From contig JAXLRB010000007.1 in the NCBI GenBank assembly GCA_046331325.1, positions 82,107-146,106 on the forward strand: a DNA stretch of 64,000 bases. The letters run 5' to 3'. This document shows positions 33,738 to 42,444 of the stretch, piece by piece. The translations under genes and the position numbers were made by a program. The DNA comes from Vicinamibacterales bacterium (GTDB lineage: Bacteria; Acidobacteriota; Vicinamibacteria; Vicinamibacterales; UBA2999). The first letter of the stretch is position 1. Every line of letters begins with the position of its first letter. The notes under the pieces are model-generated. The model was not told the origin of the DNA. It made no database searches and saw only the letters and a list, made by a program, of their open reading frames with translations.

Positions 33738-35504
33738 ATGCACGCGTACGATCTCATCCTCACGATCACCGGAGGTCTCGGCGGAGCCCTCGTCCTCGGC
33801 TACATCACGCATCGCCTGGGCCTGTCGCCCATCGTCGGCTACCTGCTGGCCGGCACCATGGTGGGTCCCCACACCCCCGGCTTCGTGGCCGACGCCAGCC
33901 TGGCCGAGCAGCTCGCCGAGATCGGCGTCATCCTGCTGATGTTCGGTGTGGGCCTGCAGTTCCACGTCGAGGAGCTGCTGGCGGTACGACGCGTAGCGAT
34001 TCCCGGCGCCATCGCGCAGAGCGGTGTCGCCACCGTGCTCGGCGCGCTGCTGGTGCGCGCGGCCGGCTGGGAGTGGCCGGCGGCGCTCATCTTCGGCATG
34101 GCCCTGGCCGTTGCCAGCACGGTCGTGCTCATCCGGGTGCTCTCCGACAACAACGACCTGCATACACAGGCCGGCCACATCGCCGTCGGCTGGCTGGTAG
34201 TGGAAGACCTGTTCACGGTGATCGCGCTCGTGCTGCTGCCGGCGCTGTTCGGTGAGAACGCGGAGAACACGTCGCTGGCGTCAGCGCTCGGCCTCACGAC
34301 GCTGAAGGTCGGCGCGCTGGTGGCGTTCACGGCGCTGGTCGGTGCGCGCGTGATCCCGAAGGTGCTCGATTACGTGGACGGCACGCGCTCGCGCGAGCTG
34401 TTCACCCTCACGGTGCTCGTGATCGCGCTGGGCATCGCGGTGGGGTCGTCGCTCGTCTTCAGCGTGTCGATGGCGCTCGGCGCGTTCCTCGCCGGCATGG
34501 TCGTCGGTCGATCGGAATACAGCCTGCGCGCCGCCTCGGAAGCGCTGCCGATGCGCGACGCCTTCGCCGTGCTGTTCTTCGTGTCGGTGGGGATGCTGCT
34601 CGATCCGCGGGCGCTGATGGACTCGCCGTGGCTCGTGCTCGGCGCGCTGGGCGTGGTGCTCGTGGGCAAGCCGCTGGTGGCGCTGCTCTTCGTGTGGCTG
34701 TTGCGGTATCCCTTCGGCGCCGCGCTCACCGCCGGCGTCGCGCTGGCGCAGATCGGCGAGTTCTCGTTCATCCTGGCGTCGATGGGCCGCGGCCTGGGCG
34801 TGCTGCCCGCCGAGGCGACCAACGTGCTGGTCGCCACGGCGATCACCTCGATCGTGCTCAACCCGATCGCGTATCGCACCATCCGGCCCATCGAGCGCTA
34901 CGTGCGGGCGAATTCGCGCCTGCGCGCGCTGTTGAACCGTCCGCCCGCGGGAGGCGGAGACGCAACGACGGACGCCTCGCACGCGAAGCGCCCGGCCGAT
35001 GCCGGCAGCCGCGCCATCGTCATCGGCTACGGCCCCACGGGCCGCACCCTCGTGCGCCTGCTGACGGACAACGGCATCGCGCCGACGGTGGTGGAACTCA
35101 GCATGGACGCGGTGCGCACGCTGCGCGACGCCGAGGTGGATGCCGTGTACGGCGACGCCACGCGCTCCGAGGTGCTCGAGGCGGCCGGCGCGGCCACCGC
35201 CGGCAGCCTGATCCTCGGCTCGGCGGGCATGGCCAATGGGGCCGAGGTGATTCGCGCGGCCCGCGCGCTGAACCCGCGCCTGCGCGTGCTGGCCCGTGCC
35301 ACGTATCTGCGCGACGTGCCGGCGCTGAAGGCGGCCGGAGCCCACAGCGTCTACTCGGGCGAGGCCGAAGTGGCGCTGGCCTTCATCGAGGACATCCTCG
35401 ACGAGCTCGGCGCCACCGCCGAGCAGATCGATCGCGAGCGGGCGCGCGCCCATCGCGAGTTGAGCAGCGGCGTGATCGAGGCGTCGGCCGGCACGCCGGC
35501 GTAG
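33738..35504 (+). CDS. CPA2-family cation:proton antiporter (KefB/KefC-like) with C-terminal TrkA-N domain
   Basis: Start at ATG 33738 (MHAYDLILTITGG..). It has a multi-TM Na/H-exchanger core and the AIVIGYGPTGRTL Rossmann motif. Confidence 0.85.
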   Translation: MHAYDLILTITGGLGGALVLGYITHRLGLSPIVGYLLAGTMVGPHTPGFVADASLAEQLAEIGVILLMFGVGLQFHVEELLAVRRVAIPGAIAQSGVATVLGALLVRAAGWEWPAALIFGMALAVASTVVLIRVLSDNNDLHTQAGHIAVGWLVVEDLFTVIALVLLPALFGENAENTSLASALGLTTLKVGALVAFTALVGARVIPKVLDYVDGTRSRELFTLTVLVIALGIAVGSSLVFSVSMALGAFLAGMVVGRSEYSLRAASEALPMRDAFAVLFFVSVGMLLDPRALMDSPWLVLGALGVVLVGKPLVALLFVWLLRYPFGAALTAGVALAQIGEFSFILASMGRGLGVLPAEATNVLVATAITSIVLNPIAYRTIRPIERYVRANSRLRALLNRPPAGGGDATTDASHAKRPADAGSRAIVIGYGPTGRTLVRLLTDNGIAPTVVELSMDAVRTLRDAEVDAVYGDATRSEVLEAAGAATAGSLILGSAGMANGAEVIRAARALNPRLRVLARATYLRDVPALKAAGAHSVYSGEAEVALAFIEDILDELGATAEQIDRERARAHRELSSGVIEASAGTPA

Positions 35505-35560
35505 CCGCCGACGTGGCGTCAGCGATCGCGATCGCGGCGCCACCTCGGCCGCGGAAGGCG

Positions 35561-35566
35561 TAGAGT
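35561..35566 (+). promoter_or_regulatory. -10-like hexamer TAGAGT, 6 nt upstream of ATG 35573
   Basis: Reads CGTAGAGTGATCGC-ATG. The identical 14-mer precedes GTG 52102 on the other strand. Confidence 0.45.
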
Positions 35567-35572
35567 GATCGC

Positions 35573-36355
35573 ATGTCGATGCCGCGCCTCGTCCTCCTCG
35601 CCGCTCTCGTGCTCGTGGTGCCGTCGCTCGTCGACGCGCAGCCCGTGATGCCGCCGCGGCCCGACCTCTACAAGTTCGTCAACATCCAGGCCGCGCCGGG
35701 CAAGCTGCCCGAGCTGCTGGCGCTGTATCGCCAGCGCTGGCCGGTGATGACTTCCAACGGCGACGAACTGCCGATCGTGGTGCGCCACTCGCAGGGCGAC
35801 CGCTGGGATCTGCTGGTGATCTACCCGATGGGCACGGGCTTCGCCGATTTTTACAGCGCCGAGCGCGCCGCGAAGCGCGACGCCGCCGGCAAGGCGTCGG
35901 GCGTCACCAACGCGCAGTTCCAGGAGCGGCTCTATCAGCTCATCGCCTGGCACGAGGACGTGTTCGTGTGGGGCCCGTCGATCGCCGAGTTGCGCGGCTA
36001 TGTCGCCGGCAACACGGTGGCGCATCTCGAGATGATGCAGGCGATGGCCGGCCAGCACGACGCGCTCATCCGCGAGCGCCACATGGAAAGCGACTTCAAC
36101 GTGAACCGCGGCCGTCCGCGCATGCTGGTGTTCACGCACGAGCAGGGGGCGGCCTGGGACGTGATCACGCTCGACGCGTGGAAGGACTGGCGGCAGTACG
36201 GCGAGCTGCAGATGGTGTCGCCCGAGGTGTCGGACGCCGCCGCGAAGAAGGCCGGCTTCCCGAACGCCGACGCGCCCGGCGTGGCGATGCGCAGCAGCAT
36301 CAACACGCACCACGACACGCTCGGGTCGTTCGTGAATCTCGCGCCGCCGAAGTAG
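35573..36355 (+). CDS. secreted hypothetical protein
   Basis: 260 aa with a signal peptide (MSMPRLVLLAALVLVVPSLVDA). Coding-like GC3, but no motif recognised. Confidence 0.55.
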   Translation: MSMPRLVLLAALVLVVPSLVDAQPVMPPRPDLYKFVNIQAAPGKLPELLALYRQRWPVMTSNGDELPIVVRHSQGDRWDLLVIYPMGTGFADFYSAERAAKRDAAGKASGVTNAQFQERLYQLIAWHEDVFVWGPSIAELRGYVAGNTVAHLEMMQAMAGQHDALIRERHMESDFNVNRGRPRMLVFTHEQGAAWDVITLDAWKDWRQYGELQMVSPEVSDAAAKKAGFPNADAPGVAMRSSINTHHDTLGSFVNLAPPK

Positions 36356-36361
36356 CCGCCG

Positions 36362-37927
36362 TCAGCCGGCGGCGAGGATCGCGCGCGCCGCGTTGGCGCC
36401 GGATCCACCGGTCAGGCCCAGGCCGGGGTGCGTGCCGGCACCGCACAGCCACAGGCCGTCGATCGGCGTGCGGTACTGGCTCCAGCCTAGCAGCGGGCGC
36501 ATCGTGAACAGCTGATCGAGCGCCAGCTCGCCGTGATGGATGTGGCCGCCGGCCAGGCCCCACTCGCGTTCGAGATCGGCCGTCGTGAGCACTTCGCTCG
36601 CCACCACCATGCCACGGATGCCGGGCATGGCGCGGTCGAGCGCGGCGAGCACGGCGTCGAGCAAACGCGGACGCGCCTCGTCCCAGGAGCCGTCGCGCAG
36701 CGTGTGCGGGGCGTACTGCGCGTACACCGACATCACGTGCGCGCCCGGCGGCGCGAGGGTGGGATCGACCAGCGACGGGATCAGCGCCTCGATGTACGGC
36801 GCCGGCGACATCCGTCCGTACTTCACCTCGTCGAAGGCACGCTCGACGTAGTCGATGTCGGGGGCGATGCGCAGGCGCGTCGCGAGCTGTTCACGTTCGG
36901 CGCCGGGCACGACCGGTAGGGCCGAGAGCGCGAGGTTGACCTTCGCCAGCGTGCCGGCGGTGCGGTAGCAGCGAGCGCGCCAGCGCACCTCGGCAGGCAG
37001 CGCCATCGGATCGCAGAGCCCGTACGTCGTTTTCGGATCGATGCCCGACACGACCTCCGACGCATCGACGGTGCGGCCGTCTTCGAGCGTCACGCCACGC
37101 ACGCGGCCGCCGTCGCTCAACACGGCGACGACGCGCGCACCGGTGGTGATGGCGACGCCCGCCGCCTCTGCCGCGCGCACGAGCGCCGCGGTCAGTGCGC
37201 CCGGCCCGCCCTTCGGCCACACCTGGCGCGGATCGCCGCTGGCGTCGTTCGCCGCGTGCAGCAGGAACAGCAGGCCGCTGCCCGCGGACCACGGCCCGAG
37301 CATGGCCCCGTGGATGCCGTCGGCGGCGAGTGCGGCGGCGACGAACGGCGTCTCGACGTGCTCGTGCACGAGATCCGCCACCGGCATCGGCCCCCAGCGC
37401 AGCAGGCGGTAGCCGTCGGTCGCGCCGAGCCCGCGGAACTGCCGCGCCGTCTGCAGCAGGCGCCACAGTTCCTTCGGCGCCGGGCTGTCGATCGAGGGCG
37501 GCGTGTGCGGGAAGATCGACGCGACGACGCGGCCCAGCTTCGCGCGCGCCGTCATGAATGTGGCCCAGCGGTCGGCGTCCTTCGGGCTGAAGGCGCGCAG
37601 CGCGTCAGCGGCCTTCGCGGCGTCGTGCCACAGCGTGACCGCGCGACCGGCGCCATCGAGCGCCGTCATCCATGCGTCGCGGGGGGTGAACTCGAGGCCG
37701 TGACGCGCCAGATCCAGATCGCGAAGCACGTCGGCGCGCAGCGGCCCCACGTCGTGCGCGGCCGCCGGCACGCGGAAGCCCGGTGCGAGTTCGCGCGTGA
37801 GCGCGGCGCCGCCGACGGAGTCGCGCGCTTCGAGCAGCGTCACCGTGCGTCCGCCACGTGCGAGCAGCGTGGCCGTCACCAGCCCGTTGACGCCGCCGCC
37901 GATGACGATCGTGCGCGCGTCGCTCAT
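36362..37927 (-). CDS. phytoene-desaturase-family (CrtI-like) FAD-dependent oxidoreductase A
   Basis: Start trimmed to ATG 37927 (MSDARTIVIGGGVNGL), overlapping the upstream stop (ATGA). The remainder of the 861-aa track ORF is an out-of-frame overlap. Confidence 0.8.
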   Translation of the reverse strand: MSDARTIVIGGGVNGLVTATLLARGGRTVTLLEARDSVGGAALTRELAPGFRVPAAAHDVGPLRADVLRDLDLARHGLEFTPRDAWMTALDGAGRAVTLWHDAAKAADALRAFSPKDADRWATFMTARAKLGRVVASIFPHTPPSIDSPAPKELWRLLQTARQFRGLGATDGYRLLRWGPMPVADLVHEHVETPFVAAALAADGIHGAMLGPWSAGSGLLFLLHAANDASGDPRQVWPKGGPGALTAALVRAAEAAGVAITTGARVVAVLSDGGRVRGVTLEDGRTVDASEVVSGIDPKTTYGLCDPMALPAEVRWRARCYRTAGTLAKVNLALSALPVVPGAEREQLATRLRIAPDIDYVERAFDEVKYGRMSPAPYIEALIPSLVDPTLAPPGAHVMSVYAQYAPHTLRDGSWDEARPRLLDAVLAALDRAMPGIRGMVVASEVLTTADLEREWGLAGGHIHHGELALDQLFTMRPLLGWSQYRTPIDGLWLCGAGTHPGLGLTGGSGANAARAILAAG

Positions 37928-39513
37928 CGCCGGCCGTCCTTCAGGATCTTCTCTGCCGCGTTCTTGCCCGGCGCGCCCATGATGCCGCCGCCCGGATGGG
38001 TGGCCGAACCGCACATGTAGAGCCGGTCGATCGGCGTCGCGTACTGCGCCCAGCCGGGTACCGGCCGCAGGAAGAACAGCTGCTCGAGCGACAGCTCGCC
38101 CTGGAAGATGTTGCCCTCGCTGAGACCGAACGTGCGCTCGATGTCGAGCGGCGTCAGCACCTGTCGGTGCCGGATGATGTTCCTGATGTTCGGCGCGTGC
38201 TCCGCGATCGCGTTCACCACGGCATCGCCGAACGCCTCGCGCCGGGCGTCGTCCCACACGTCGCCGGGCTTGAGGTGGTACGGCGCGTACTGCACGAAGC
38301 ACGACATCACGTGCTTGCCCGGCGGCGCCAGCGAGCTGTCGCTCAGCGTCGGGATCACGATGTCGATGTAGGGCCGCTCCGAGAAGGCGCCGTGCTTCGC
38401 CTGGTCGTAGGCGCGCTCCATGTAGTCGACGCTGGGCGAGATCGAGATGGCGCCGCGCAGGTGCTCGCCCTCTCCGGGCCGGCAGGTGAAGTCGGGCAGC
38501 GCGTCGAGCGCCATGTTCACCTTGCCCGACGAGCCGCGGTACTTGTAGCGGCGCACGCCTTCCATGAACTCGCCGGGCAGATCCTTCGGGTTCATGAAAC
38601 GCTCGAAGGTGAGCCGCGGATCGACACTGCTCACGACGACGTCCGCCTGGATCTCGTCGCCGTTCTCGAGCGCCACGCCGGTCGTGCGGCCGTTCGTCGT
38701 GAGGATGTGCGCCACCGGCGCTTCGGTTCGGATCTCGGCGCCGAAGCGTCGCGCCGCGCCGGCGATGGCGTTCGACACCGCGCCGGTGCCGCCGCGCGAC
38801 AGGCCCCACGAGCGGAACGCGCCGTCGATCTCGCCCATGTAGTGGTGCAGCAGCACGTAGGCCGTGCCGGGCGAGCGCACGCCGAGGAAGGTGCCGATGA
38901 TGCCCGACGCGCTCATCGTCGCCTTCAGGGCATCCGTCTCGAACCACTGGTCCAGGAAGTCGACCGCGCTCATCGTGAGCAGCTGCACCTGGTTGACCTT
39001 GTCGTGGTAGCGCATGTCGCGGAAGCGCTTGCCCACCGACAGCAGTTCCAGCAGCCCGCGCGGATCGAGCGACATCGGGTCTGGCGGCGTCAGGCCCAGG
39101 ATGGGCTTGGCGAAGCGGCCCATCTCCACCATCGCCATGCCGTAGTCGTCGTAGGCATCCGCGTCGCGCTTGCTGTGGCGCGCGATCTCCTGGCGGCTGC
39201 GGTTGTGGTCGTTCATCCGCCAGAGGTAGTCGCCGTTCAGCATCGGCGTGAACGTGCCGTCGAGCGGCAGCAGTTCCAGGCCGTGGCTCGGCAGATCCAG
39301 ATCGCGGATGATCTCGGGCCGCAGCAGCGACACCACGTAGCTGCAGACCGAGAACTTGAAGCCGGGGAAGACTTCCTCGGTGACCGCCGCGCCACCCAGC
39401 ACGTGACGCCGCTCGAGCACGAGCGTCTTCTTCCCCGCGCGCGCGAGGTACGCCGCGCAGGTCAGGCCGTTGTGGCCGCCGCCGATGACGATGGCGTCGT
39501 ACTTCATGGGCAC
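37924..39513 (-). CDS. phytoene-desaturase-family (CrtI-like) FAD-dependent oxidoreductase B
   Basis: 529 aa with MPMKYDAIVIGGGHNGL. It is a paralog of the downstream gene. Confidence 0.8.
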   Translation of the reverse strand: MPMKYDAIVIGGGHNGLTCAAYLARAGKKTLVLERRHVLGGAAVTEEVFPGFKFSVCSYVVSLLRPEIIRDLDLPSHGLELLPLDGTFTPMLNGDYLWRMNDHNRSRQEIARHSKRDADAYDDYGMAMVEMGRFAKPILGLTPPDPMSLDPRGLLELLSVGKRFRDMRYHDKVNQVQLLTMSAVDFLDQWFETDALKATMSASGIIGTFLGVRSPGTAYVLLHHYMGEIDGAFRSWGLSRGGTGAVSNAIAGAARRFGAEIRTEAPVAHILTTNGRTTGVALENGDEIQADVVVSSVDPRLTFERFMNPKDLPGEFMEGVRRYKYRGSSGKVNMALDALPDFTCRPGEGEHLRGAISISPSVDYMERAYDQAKHGAFSERPYIDIVIPTLSDSSLAPPGKHVMSCFVQYAPYHLKPGDVWDDARREAFGDAVVNAIAEHAPNIRNIIRHRQVLTPLDIERTFGLSEGNIFQGELSLEQLFFLRPVPGWAQYATPIDRLYMCGSATHPGGGIMGAPGKNAAEKILKDGRR

Positions 39514-39518
39514 GGGGG

Positions 39519-39524
39519 AGTATA
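39519..39524 (-). promoter_or_regulatory. -10-like hexamer TATACT, 5 nt upstream of GTG 39513 (11 nt upstream of ATG 39507)
   Basis: The minus strand reads TATCTATACTcccccGTGcccATG. Confidence 0.35.
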
Positions 39525-39559
39525 GATACTGCGAGCGGCCAGCGGCTAGCCGCTGATCC

Positions 39560-40327
39560 CTAGGGAACCGTGAGTCCGCCGTCCACCGGAATCGCCAGGC
39601 CGGTGGTGGCGCTGGATTCCTTCGAGCACAGCCACAGCACGGCGTTCGCGACTTCGTCGACGGTGACGAGGCGGCCGATGGGGTGGCGCGAGATCATCAT
39701 CTTGCCGAGGTCGTCGTCGTGGAAGAACGCGCGCTCGGTCATCTCGGTGCGGACGACGCCGGGGCACACGGCGTTCACGCGAATCCCCTGCGCCGCGTAC
39801 TCCATCGCGGCGGCGCGCGTGGCGCCGACGACGCCATGTTTGCTGGCGCCGTAGCCGATACCGATGCGGGTGCCGATGAGCCCGGCCACCGACGACATGT
39901 TCACGATGGCGCCGCCGCCCTGCGTGAGCATCTGGCGGATCTCGTACTTCATCGACAGGAACACGCCGGTGAGGTTGATGGCCATCACCTGCTGCCAGAT
40001 GTCCTCGTCGTAGTCGGCGGTGGGCACGAATGCCTTGCCGCCCTCGATGCCGGCGTTGTTGCAGGCGCAGTCGAGCCGGCCGTAGGCGCGCACGGTCTCG
40101 GCCACCATGCGCTGCACGTCGGCCGAGGACGACACGTCGCCGGCCACCGCCAGGCCGTCGCCGCCCGCGGCCTTCACCTCGGCCAGCGTCTCGTCGAGCA
40201 TCGAAGCGCGGCGTCCCGTGACCACCACCTTCGCGCCCTCGCGCGCGAACGCCACCGCCACCGTGCGGCCGATGCCGCTGCTGGCGCCCGTGACGAGCGC
40301 CACCTGTCCGTCGAACCGTCGTGTCAT
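39560..40327 (-). CDS. SDR-family oxidoreductase
   Basis: Start trimmed to ATG 40327 (MTRRFDGQVALVTGASSGIG). Contains NNAG and S..YGASK. Confidence 0.85.
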   Translation of the reverse strand: MTRRFDGQVALVTGASSGIGRTVAVAFAREGAKVVVTGRRASMLDETLAEVKAAGGDGLAVAGDVSSSADVQRMVAETVRAYGRLDCACNNAGIEGGKAFVPTADYDEDIWQQVMAINLTGVFLSMKYEIRQMLTQGGGAIVNMSSVAGLIGTRIGIGYGASKHGVVGATRAAAMEYAAQGIRVNAVCPGVVRTEMTERAFFHDDDLGKMMISRHPIGRLVTVDEVANAVLWLCSKESSATTGLAIPVDGGLTVP

Positions 40328-41067
40328 GTCGTCGTGTCCTCGCGCCGCCGGAAGGGCGACTGATACAGCCAGACGGGCCGTCCGTCGGGGCACCGCAGCA
40401 CCTGCCGCGGCTCGAGATCCCGCGCCTCGAACTCGAGGCTCGCCATCCACGCGCCCGCCGGCAACTCGCGCGCGGCCTTGTCGACGGCGCGCGGCATCGT
40501 CTCGGGCCGCTGAAAGAGATACACCATCTGGTAGCCGGACCACGCCGCCGTCCAGATGTCGCCGCGCCGCACGCGCGCGAAGCCGCAGCGCGCCATGCAG
40601 GCGAGCGCGATCGGCCAGCTCCATTCCAGGCCGTCGAGTCGTGCCTGCGGATACTCACGATGCAGCTCGCGCAGGCCGTCGCCGAGGCCGCAGCCGGCAT
40701 CGAGCACGCGCGCGCCCGCGGGAAGCGGCGCCAGCGCGGCGAGGCCACGGAGTCCGCCCGACGGTGTGGGGAAGAGCGGCGCGTCGCGCCAGCTGCTCAT
40801 CGGATACAGCAGCCACAGGCCGGCCAGCGGCACCAGCCACGTCCATGCCGGCAGCGATTCGCCGGCGCCGCTGATGGCGAGCATCACCGGGAATCCGCCG
40901 GCGATGAAGATGCGCCGCCACGTGGTCGTGCCGAGCGCCGCGAGGGCGACGCCCACCAGCGTCGCGGCCGCGAGTCCCAGCCACGCCGTCAGGCGCAGCG
41001 TCACGGCGCCTAGGAACACGAGCCACGCGAGGCCCCAGGCGGCCAGCGCGGGCAGCGGCCAGATCAT
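40324..41067 (-). CDS. membrane-anchored class I SAM-dependent methyltransferase
   Basis: Three N-terminal TM helices followed by VLDAGCGLGDG (motif I). Its stop overlaps the SDR start (ATGA). Confidence 0.7.
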   Translation of the reverse strand: MIWPLPALAAWGLAWLVFLGAVTLRLTAWLGLAAATLVGVALAALGTTTWRRIFIAGGFPVMLAISGAGESLPAWTWLVPLAGLWLLYPMSSWRDAPLFPTPSGGLRGLAALAPLPAGARVLDAGCGLGDGLRELHREYPQARLDGLEWSWPIALACMARCGFARVRRGDIWTAAWSGYQMVYLFQRPETMPRAVDKAARELPAGAWMASLEFEARDLEPRQVLRCPDGRPVWLYQSPFRRREDTTT

Positions 41068-41122
41068 GCGGCGCTATTGTCGCCGCAATCCGGCCCGGTC
41101 ACACCGCCGCAGGCACTGCTCC

Positions 41123-41128
41123 TATAAT
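41123..41128 (+). promoter_or_regulatory. consensus -10 hexamer TATAAT, 6 nt upstream of GTG 41135
   Basis: Reads ctccTATAATccccccGTG, with no SD sequence. A weak -35-like GTCACA lies 19 nt upstream. Confidence 0.5.
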
Positions 41129-41134
41129 CCCCCC

Positions 41135-42340
41135 GTGCCGATCGGGTCCGCGTTCCATCCGCGCACGCTGCCGCTGGCGTCCAGCCTGAGCTTTCGCGAC
41201 TGGGCCGGCTACTACGCCGTCAGTGCGTACGAGACGCACCACGAGCACGAGTACAACGCCATCCGCAACGGCTGCGCGCTGATCGACATCTCGCCGCTGT
41301 TCAAGTACCACCTGCATGGGCCCGACGCGGTGCGGCTGGTGGATCGCTTGATCACGCGTGACGCGGCGGCGCTGACGGTAGGGCAGGTCTACTACACGCC
41401 CTGGTGCGACGACGACGGCCAGGTGATCGACGACGGCACCGTGGCGCGCCTGGCCGAGGATCGGGTGCGTTGGACGGCCGCCGATCCGAACCTGCGCTGG
41501 CTGCTCGAACACGCGCACGGGCTGAACGTGCGCGTCGAGGACGTCACCGAGCAGGTGGCGGCGCTGGCGTTGCAGGGACCGTCGTCGGCGCGCGTGCTCG
41601 CGGCCGTGAGCGACATCGACGTAACGCGCCTCAAGTACTTCCGCGCCGCCGCCGGCTCCATCGCCGGCGTGCCGGTGGAGGTGACGCGCACCGGCTACAC
41701 CGGCGACCTCGGCTACGAGGTGTGGATGCCGTGGGAGCGCGCGCTCGAGGTGTGGGACGCCATCGTGTACGCGGGCCGCGCGCACGTGCTGCGTCCGGCC
41801 GGCATGCTCGCGCTGGACGTGGCGCGCGTCGAGGCGGGGCTGCTGCTCACCGACGTGGATTTCCACAGCGTGCGCAAGGCCAGCATCGCGTCGCAGATGT
41901 ACTCGCCGTACGAACTCGGGCTCGGGCGTCTCGTCCAGCTCGACAAGGCGTCGCCGTTCGTCGGCCGCGCCGCGCTGGCGCGCGAGCACGCGGCGGGACA
42001 TCGCCGGCAGATCGTCGGGCTCGAGGTGCGGTGGACCGAGGTGGAGGCGATCTACCAGTCGGTCGGCCTGCCGCCGTCGGTGCCGGCCGCGGCGTCGCGT
42101 GTCGCCGTGCCAATCTACAAGGACCGGCGTCAGGTGGGGAAGGCCACGTCCACCGCGTGGTCGCCGACGCTGAAGAAGCTGGTGGCCCTGGCCACGATCG
42201 ACCGTCCGCACTTCGCCGAGGGCACCGAGCTGCAGATGGAGATCACGGTCGAGGCCACGCGTTACACGGCCACCGCCACCGTCGTCCCCACGCCGTTCCT
42301 CAAGCTGGCTCGCCGCACAGGAAATCCCTCGCTGGCTTGA
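41135..42340 (+). CDS. aminomethyltransferase-family (GcvT-like) folate-dependent protein
   Basis: Start at GTG 41135 (VPIGSAFHPRT..). Contains RNGCALIDISPLFKY and TRTGYTGDLGYEVW. Confidence 0.8.
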   Translation: MPIGSAFHPRTLPLASSLSFRDWAGYYAVSAYETHHEHEYNAIRNGCALIDISPLFKYHLHGPDAVRLVDRLITRDAAALTVGQVYYTPWCDDDGQVIDDGTVARLAEDRVRWTAADPNLRWLLEHAHGLNVRVEDVTEQVAALALQGPSSARVLAAVSDIDVTRLKYFRAAAGSIAGVPVEVTRTGYTGDLGYEVWMPWERALEVWDAIVYAGRAHVLRPAGMLALDVARVEAGLLLTDVDFHSVRKASIASQMYSPYELGLGRLVQLDKASPFVGRAALAREHAAGHRRQIVGLEVRWTEVEAIYQSVGLPPSVPAAASRVAVPIYKDRRQVGKATSTAWSPTLKKLVALATIDRPHFAEGTELQMEITVEATRYTATATVVPTPFLKLARRTGNPSLA

Positions 42341-42343
42341 ATA

Positions 42344-42367
42344 GGGGCCGGGTTCGGACCCGGCCCC
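42344..42367 (+). terminator. perfect 10-bp GC hairpin after the GcvT-like gene
   Basis: GGGGCCGGGT-tcgg-ACCCGGCCCC starts 4 nt after the stop. The tract that follows (cccctttc) is only weakly T-rich. Confidence 0.55.
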
Positions 42368-42444
42368 GACCTGTCCCCTTTCAGGCTCACGCCAGACTTG
42401 TGGCGGAAAGTGCGACGCAACCGGGTGCTAGACTGCCCGGGTCT

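Noticed and set aside
29844-34178. 1444-aa ORF on the minus strand, the longest in the track
   Set aside because: It lies antisense to three well-supported + strand genes (the TPR protein, the ADOP permease and the Kef-like antiporter). Its sequence is Arg/Ala/Gly/His-rich with no motif. This is a typical stop-poor shadow frame of GC-rich DNA.
37928-38947. N-terminal 340 aa of the 861-aa track ORF 36362-38947
   Set aside because: It overlaps CrtI-like gene B out of frame. The FAD motif and an ATGA-coupled start at 37927 define the real gene.
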